In this document: piece by piece, positions 56,267-64,000 of the stretch
Numbering within the stretch: position 1 is the stretch's first letter
Layout: each line of letters opens with the position of its first letter
Source: Octopus sinensis
Lineage: Eukaryota
Direction of reading: 5' to 3'
Assembly: GCF_006345805.1 (NCBI RefSeq)
Contig: NC_043002.1
Coordinates: 94,364,001 to 94,428,000, forward strand
Length of the DNA: 64,000 bases
Position numbers and translations under genes: made by a program
Notes under the pieces: model-generated
Database searches by the model: none
What the model was told of the DNA's origin: nothing
The model's input: the letters and a program-made list of their open reading frames with translations, nothing else

Positions 56267-56663
56267 GGCGCAGGAGTGGCTGCGTGGTAAGTAGCTTGCT
56301 TACTAACCACATGGTTCCGGGTTCAGTCCCACTGCGTGGCACCATGGGCAAGTGTCTTCTAGTATAGCCTCGGGCGAACCAAAGCCTTGTGAGTGGATTT
56401 GGTAGACGGAAACTGAAAGAAGCTCGTCGTATATATGTATATATGTATATAGGTGTGTGTGTGTGTTTGTCTATCTGTGTTTGTCCCCCCAACATCGCTT
56501 AACAACCGATGCTGGTGTGTTTACGTCAAAAAGAGATCGATAGAATAAGTACTAGGCTTACAAAGAATAAGTCCTGTGGTCGATTTGCTCGACTAAAAGG
56601 CGGTGCTCCAGCATGGCCGCAGTCAAATGGCTGAAACAAGTAAAAGAGTAAAAGAGTAAAGAA
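56267..56663 (+). mobile_element. SINE family A full-length
   Basis: Colinear with the 46196 copy. Confidence 0.92.
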
Positions 56664-56669
56664 TATATA

Positions 56670-57863
56670 CATAGACATGACAGAAGTAAATAGACACACC
56701 ATAAAACATCGTTTTATGTTTATTCTGACTTGTAAAGGTGTATATATTTTTTTATTAACTGACATGTTTATGTTATGTTTCAGGTTCTATATGTGACTAC
56801 TTAATCATGCCATGTACAAAAGAAGCTTTGGAACTGTCTGAATTTCAAAGATGTCGCATTGTGGGTCATTCTGAAGGTGGACATAGTGTGGATTCGCAGA
56901 AAACTTTGGGAACTCGCTTTCTACAATTAATAGAGTGATTGGGTAATTCACCAGAGAGGGAGAGGAGTCTACATCAGCTTGCCGAGATCAACCAGGGCCC
57001 ACTTACAGGACACTTCTCTTTGCTAGGAGAAGTGTGGAGGATAATCCTCGTTGCAAGGCCTCTGACATAGTAGAAGTAATTAATGTCAGTCTCAGAACAG
57101 CTATCGGGTATCTCCACAAACTTGGTTACTAAGGCAGAGCAACAAGAAGGAAGCCACTTCTTCGACTAGCCATCACCAAGCGGAGAAAAGATTGGGCCGG
57201 TGAGATGGCATTTTGGGACCCTGTCATATTCTCTGATGAGTCCAGATGTGCTGTATTTCCTGACAGTGGTCAAGTGTAGGTCTGGAGGCACTGTGGTCAA
57301 GAATTTAATGTGAAAAGATTGCAGCCAACAATGAAACACGGCAGCTATTCTGTGATGGTCTGAGGAGCAATTTGGAGCAATGGTTGATCAGAGCTGGTGG
57401 AGTGTGAGGGAAATATAAACTCAGATAATTATGTGTCCATATTGCAGAGTGGTAAAATGATTAAAGAAGCCTCTTTATTTATGGAAGATAAAGTCTTGTC
57501 ATACACATTTGTTGGATGATAATAGAAACAAATAGCTTCCATGACTAAGCCAAACACTAGATATGAACACTATTGAACACCTCTGGGACATAATGGACAG
57601 GACACTTCATAAAAAGATCAAGAAAGCATCTTCAAAGCCAGGTCTTTTGAGATTACTGCATGAAACTTGGCAAGAAATTCCTCAAGAGAATATTCATCTC
57701 ATCAGTAACATGCCTAATAGGGTCCTTGCATTGAAAAATGCAAAGGGTATGTCTATTAAATATTTACATTATAACAATTAATAAATAATTTGAATGTATA
57801 ATTTCAGATTTAAATAAATTTTAATGATTATAAGTGTGTCTATTTACTTCTGTCGTGTCTGTG
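56670..57863 (+). mobile_element. Defective Tc1-type transposon
   Basis: ~32-bp TIR CA(T/C)AGACA(T/C)GACAGAAGTAAATAGACACAC, TA TSD; VIFSDESR, DDN and DMNTIEHLW motifs; D2-E spacing shortened by deletion. Confidence 0.9.
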
Positions 57864-58162
57864 TACTTACAGATAAAGAATTCTCACAGACTGACATAGA
57901 CGTGGCTTCATGATATAACCTAAATAATGCTTATATTATACACTAACTTCTGTTACTTCATCTCATAAAGTAACATAATCCCATGACTTGAAATAATGGA
58001 TCGAGGCTTACGCTTCAAAATGTTGTTTTCAAGTGAAGTGAAGACTTGTTGAAATCTTTTACAATGCGTTCAGTGTGTAGGTAAGCAGCTAGTTGGGGCA
58101 GTGACTCTTTCTCTTTGCGCTTCTATAAACTCGGTTCCTAGGGAATCTGCTATCCATTTACA

Positions 58163-61100
58163 GCTCGTATTTACTTATTAGAAAGCAATGTGGGAGTGAC
58201 TTTACGAGATCGCGCGTCTTATGAAAAACGGCAGTGAATTTTCCCCAAACTATACTTAACCATCTTGGATAATTTTGTCAGAAGTACACTATTACTGCAA
58301 GGAAAAATGGGTGGGTGATCATGGCTGGAATGTCATTGATCATCGATCAGTACTATCACAGATGACCTGGGCCAAACAAGAACAAATAATAAGGAGGGGT
58401 TTATACATTTTAGAAACTTACGGCTTCTGTCTTCGCCGTTCTTCGATCGCGTGTTACACTCGCAAATTAATTCTCCCACTCTATAATTCGCTCTGTTCAC
58501 ATTTTCTTATCTAATAAGCATTATTATTTTACATTGCACCAAACCCTAATATATAAGGTGAGTGTAATAGGTGTTTACAGCAAAGGAAGTGATATGGTTC
58601 TAGCTGGGAATCGAAACCTCACGTCATGGTCGCTCAACAGGGATTTCCCATTTTATACAGCATTCGTTATTTTCCCAATTGACTTATGGCAATTAGATGA
58701 TAATTGACGAATGGCAATTAGGTGATCAAAAACCTGTGTATATCATACTTCTTTAGAGATTATGTGTTGTAGAGGTGAAGTGAATTTTTCCAATTGAGAA
58801 TCGAATCTAGTTTCAGTTTTGATTCACCCAGAACATATTACACTCCGGTGCTTTTTATCACTTTTATCATTGAATATTATCTTGCAATAAGGCGGCGACC
58901 TGGCAGAAACGTTAGCACGCCGGGCGAAATGCGTAGCCGTATTTCGTCTGCCATTACGTTCTGAGTTCAAATTCCGCCGAGGTTGACTTTGCCTTTCATC
59001 CTTTCGGGGTCGATAAATTAAGTACTAGTTACGCACTGGAGTCGATATAATCGACTTAATCTGTTTGTCCGTCCTTGTTTGTTCCTTCTGTGTTTAGCCC
59101 CTTGTGGGTAGTAAAAAAATAGGTAATTCGTCTGTCTTTATGTTCTGAGTTCAAATTCTTCCGATTCCGACTTTGCCTTTCACCCTTTCGGGGCGATAAA
59201 TTAAATACCAGTTGCGTACTAGAGTCAATCTAATCAGCTAGCCCCTCCCACCAAATTTTGGGCCTTGTGCCTAGATTAGAAAAGAATATCTTGCAATAAG
59301 GCGGTGAGCTGGCAGAAACCTTAGCACGCTGGTCGAATTGCTTAGCGGTAATTCGTCTGTCTTTACGTTCTGAGTTCAAATTCCACCGAGGTCCACTTTG
59401 CCTTTCATCCTTTCGGGGTTGCTAAATTAAGTATCAGTTGCGTACTGGAGTCGATCTAATCGACAGGGCCCCTCCCACTAAATTTGGGGCCTTATGCCTA
59501 GAGTAGAAAAGTTTATTGTTATTTAAAGCAGTATTTCATATGTCTTTACGTTCTGAGTTCAAATTCTGCCGAGGTCGATTTTGCCTTTCATCCTTTCGGG
59601 GTCGATAAATAAAGTACCAGTTGCGTACTGGGGTCGATCTAATCTACTGGCCCCCTTCCCTAAAATTTCGGGCCCTGTACCTAGAGTAGAAAAGAATATT
59701 ATTCTGCAATAAGGGAATTAGCTGGCAGAATCGTAAGCACGCCGGGCAAAATGCTTAGCGACATTTCGCCTGTCTTCACATTCTGAGTTCAAATTTCTCC
59801 GAGGTCGACTTATCTTTCATCCTTTTGAGTTTGATAAAATAAGTCCCAATTGAGATCTGGAGATCGATATAATCGATTTTCCCCTTCCCACGTATTTGCT
59901 GGCCTTGTGCCAAAATTTGAAACCAATATCATTCTGCAGTAATAAGGCAGCGAATTGTCAGAATCGTTAGCATGCCAATCAAAATACTTAGCGGCATTTC
60001 GTCCGTCTTTACGTCCTATGTTCAAATCACGCCAAGGTTGACTTTAATCATTTGGGGTCGATAAAATATGTACCAGTCGAATGCTAGGGTCACTTAACTT
60101 GTTCCACAAGAATTATGGACCTGTGCTTAGAAAAGGTGGCGAGCTGGCAGAATCATTAGCACGCCGGGCAAAATGCATAGGGGCATTTCGTCCGTCTTCA
60201 CGTTCAGAGTTCAAATACCACCGAGGTTGACTTTGCCCTTCATCCGTTCGGGGTGGATAAAATAAGTAGCGGTAGAGCATTGGGGTCGATGTAAACGACT
60301 TATCCCTTCCCCAAAAATTGCTGGCTTTGTGCCAAACTTTGACGTCAATATTAACTTGCAAGGTGGGCGATGACTTGGTTGAATTGATAGAATGACAGAC
60401 AAAATGTAAAACTATTTCATTATTATTTAGTATTGTAGCTTTACGTTTTGAGTTCATATCAACTCTGAAGCTGACTTTGACTTTCATCCTTCCGATAAAA
60501 TGCTTTTCAAATACTAGTATCAGTATAATCGACTGTACCTTCTTCCTTGAAATTTAAGGTGTTGTCCTGATTTTAGGAACCAGCTATTAATATAGAAGGG
60601 CAGTGAGATGGTCAAGAATGTAAAATGCGGGAATCTTATGATTGAGATATTCGGTTTAAAAAGGCACTGGAGTTGCAGAGAAGGTAGACCGTCAGACTAA
60701 ACCAGCTGCAGTATTTATTCATATATTTCAACAATCCAAACTCAAAATCAGCCAGCTTCGATTCCGTCTCACAGACGACAAATTTCATACAAATTTGTGG
60801 TCTGCTGTTAGTATTACTAATCAATACTGACATCAAATTTTGAGACAAGGCCAACAATTTCATGGGAGGTGTATAATGGATTAAATCGACCCTAGTGTTA
60901 ACCTGGTTCTTATTTTATCACTCCCACCTAAAGGATGAAAGGTAAATTCGACCTCGGTAGAATTCAATCTCAGAACGTAAAGACGGATGAAATTACGGTT
61001 AAGATTTTGTCCGGTGTACAAAAGATTCTACAAGCTCGCCACCTTCTGTGTTATTAATCAATATTAAACATAAACAAGCCGGCGAGCTGGTAGAACTGTC

Positions 61101-61838
61101 GGCACGCCGGCAAAATGCTTAGCGGCATTTCGTCCGTCTTTACGTTCTGAGTTCAAATTCTGTCGAGACCGACTCTGCCTTTTATCTTTTCGGGGACGGT
61201 AAAATAAGTCCCAGTTAAGAACCGGCGTCAATGTAATCGAGTTGCTCATTCACCCGAAATTACTGGGCTTGAGCCAAAATTTTAAATCAATATTAAACAT
61301 AAACATCTTTTAGTTGAAAATCCATCTTAATTCTTTCTCCTCTAGAGCAAGAAAAGTATTCGACCATGGACTCAGGATTTCTTCTTCGATATTTGAAATA
61401 AGACAAGACATCTTGGATAATTTTCACGATGATAAATGTTAGTTTATGAGGTTTGGTGCAATGTAAAATAATAATGCTTATTAGATAAGAAAATGTGAAC
61501 AGAGCGAAATTATAGAGTGGGAGAATTAATTTGCGAGTGTAACACGCGATCGAAGAACGGCGAACACAGAAGCCGTGAGTAAGTTTCTAAAATGTATAAC
61601 CCCCTCCTAATTATTTGTTCTTGTTTGGCCCAGGTCATCTGTGATAGTACTGATCGATGATCAATGACATTCCAGCCATGATCACCCACCCATTTTTTCC
61701 TTGCAGTAATAGTGTACTTCTGACAAAATTATCCAAGATGGTTAAGTATAGTTTGGGGAAAATTCACTGCCGTTTTTCATAAGACGCGCGATCTCGTAAA
61801 GTCACTCCCACGTTGCTTTCTAATAAGTAAATACGAGC
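58163..61838. repeat. ~385-bp near-identical inverted repeat (58163-58545 / 61450-61838)
   Basis: Arms are reverse complements with only a few substitutions and indels. Confidence 0.95.
58890..61290 (+). mobile_element. Array of ~9-10 SINE family D copies, mostly head-to-tail on +
   Basis: Units at ~58890, 59125, 59298, 59543, 59713, 59945, 60134, 60440, 60830 (mixed orientation) and 61077 share GTTCTGAGTTCAAAT...GGGGTCGATAAA. Confidence 0.9.
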
Positions 61839-62527
61839 AAAGGACGAAGTAATTGAAAGAAAATAGTTCCAAGATCGTTTTTGCTGGGAGACATCTAGGT
61901 GGCTCGGATCGACTCTATGTGAACTGTTTTTAATTTCTTTTCTACTCTAGGCGCAAGGCCCGAAAGCTTAGAGTAGGGGCCAGTCGATTAGATCGACCCC
62001 AGTACGCAACTGGTACTTAATTTATCGATCCCGAAAAGTTGAAAGGCAAAGTCGATCTCGGCGACTGTTTTTAACTTCGTTAGTTATATCGGCAACTGGT
62101 ATAGATCTTTCGGATGAAATTTAAATTCAGAAGAGAATTCAGAGCATAGCATAACTTCTAATTCTGTTCTCTAAATATCTGGGAATAACTCAGAGTTTCA
62201 TAGATCTGGACTGAAAAGTACAAGTAACTAAGTTAAGATACTGGTCGTAGGATCAAACGTTCGTAACTCCTCGCTGGCTATGCACTTTGCCGGAAAAGAA
62301 ACTCTCAGTAGCTACAACCAACGAATGAGACTCGACATATTGAACAATAAATAGAAACCAATCTCGCTCATGTCACAACCAACTGTTTTCATAAGGAACA
62401 CATTGGATAATGTAGCACTTGGTTCTGGGCGAGATGTTTATGCTTGAAACGTTTTTGATTATAAGTCTAGTCGATCAGGGACTACCATACGCTAAACAAC
62501 GTTGTCAGTAGCCATATAGATATGAGT

Positions 62528-62915
62528 GTGGAAGCACTCCGTCGGTTACGACGACGAGGGTTCCGGTTGATCCGAATCAACGGAACTGCCTGCTCGTGAA
62601 ATTAACGTGCAAGTGGCTGAGCACTCCACAGACACGTGTACCCTTAACGTAGTTCTGGGGATATTCAGCGTGACACAGAGAATGACAAGGCCGGCCCTTT
62701 GAAATACAGGTACAACAGAAACAGGAAGTAAGAGTGAGAGAAAGTTGTGGTGAAAGAGTACAGCAGGGATCACCACCATCCCCTGCCGGAGCCTTGTGGA
62801 GCTTTTTAGGTGTTTTCGCTCAATAAACACTCACAACGCCCGGTCTGGGAATCGAAACCGTGATCCTATGACCGCGAGTCCGCTGCCCTAACCACTGGGC
62901 CATTGCGCCTCCACC
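62528..62915 (-). mobile_element. SINE with family B head and alternative 3' tail
   Basis: Same head and body as 11977 but a different tail; 10-bp TSD AGATATGAGT (62518-27, 62916-25). Confidence 0.92.
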
Positions 62916-63222
62916 AGATATGAGTAACTACGAACTTTCTGGGGCTAAACAACACTGTCAATAGACTACTACATAGATAGCAACATAGAAAATAGAGCGT
63001 TCTGAGTTACGATCCGGCCGAGGTCAATTATAGCAAGTATCTGAGTCAACTGTTCCCTTTCTATTTATGTCTCTTTCTGTTTCCATTCTCTCTTTCCCTC
63101 ACTCTCTCAGAATGGAGTACTCAGAGCTGTAAAAGGTTCGTGGTAGCCTCCTCTATAAAATGGAAGAGGAGCGAAGTCAGGACTAGCAACCACTTCTCAG
63201 ATGGTTTCTTACCAAACCGTCC

Positions 63223-63258
<36 letters not shown>

Positions 63259-63259
<1 letters not shown>

Positions 63260-63653
63260 TAGCAGTATCGCCCGGCGTTGCTCGGGTTTGTAAGGGAAAT
63301 AACTATATAAGCATTTTTAGAGATGTAAAGTATAATAGCCATCTCAATATGGCTAACTACAAAGGGGGGGGTTACTTTTGCTTTTTACGTTCTGAGATTT
63401 AATAATAAATTTTTAGAGAGTTACTTCCCTTATATATGTCAAAAATGGATTAAAAATGGGAAAAATTGATGGTAAATTTTTTTTAAATCGTAGACTCATC
63501 GTAGACGCGCGCTAATTTCCCAGAAGGGCTCGATATGAATCACGACTATAAGATACCCGCTTTTGGTTAAACTGCACCGATAAATGTGGGAGTAGTTAGG
63601 AATCTAAATCGTAGGAGACAGACAGCACACAACCTTACTTTTATATATAAAGA
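63259..63653 (-). mobile_element. Non-autonomous Helitron
   Basis: Minus strand A|TC start, 3' hairpin CCCGAGCAACGCCGGG (63271-86), CTAG|T end, no TSD. Confidence 0.85.
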
Positions 63654-64000
63654 TATGCACCTCAGGCATATTACTATTTTTTTTTATGCTCCAGAAGGAA
63701 ATTTCTAGTAACAATAGCAGTAACTATAAATAAATAAATATATAAATAAACAAATAATAAAATTAAAATATCACAAAGAAAATTCTATTAGATTAATAGG
63801 AAATAAAGAAAAGGACAACAAACTTTCACAAACTTCACTAATTGGATATCCAATTGTTGATTAAGCAATTAGCGACCATATGCATGCTGTGCAGAATTAT
63901 TGTATAGTAATCGAGAAAATTTCCCCGGTAAATGAACGTTAAAATGTTATTTTAATTACCATACAAAGCAGATATGACAAGCTTGCTGGCAAACAACGAA

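Overview
AT-rich, microsatellite-dense eukaryotic DNA. The tRNA-derived SINE families, Penelope/RTE/Tc1-mariner remnants and huge (TA)n/(TATG)n/(GATA)n tracts point to an Octopus genome; this is inference from recalled repeat families, not a database hit. Almost every ORF in the supplied track is a microsatellite artefact or a transposon remnant. Supportable content: (i) about 30 SINE copies from at least 4 families, including a head-to-tail array at 58.9-61.3 kb bracketed by a ~385-bp inverted repeat; (ii) decayed Penelope-like elements, RTE LINE pieces, a Chapaev-like transposon, Tc1/mariner elements, two Merlin-like MITEs with internal telomeric repeats and a canonical Helitron; (iii) a 5'-truncated U6 snRNA copy fused to a SINE/LINE-type 3' tail; (iv) a chain of small, largely phase-compatible AG/GT-bounded open exons on the + strand (11.4-43.4 kb) suggesting an unidentified multi-exon gene, three of whose donors run directly into (GTAT)n arrays; (v) several large palindromes and recent tandem duplications. 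All alignments and translations were done by eye.
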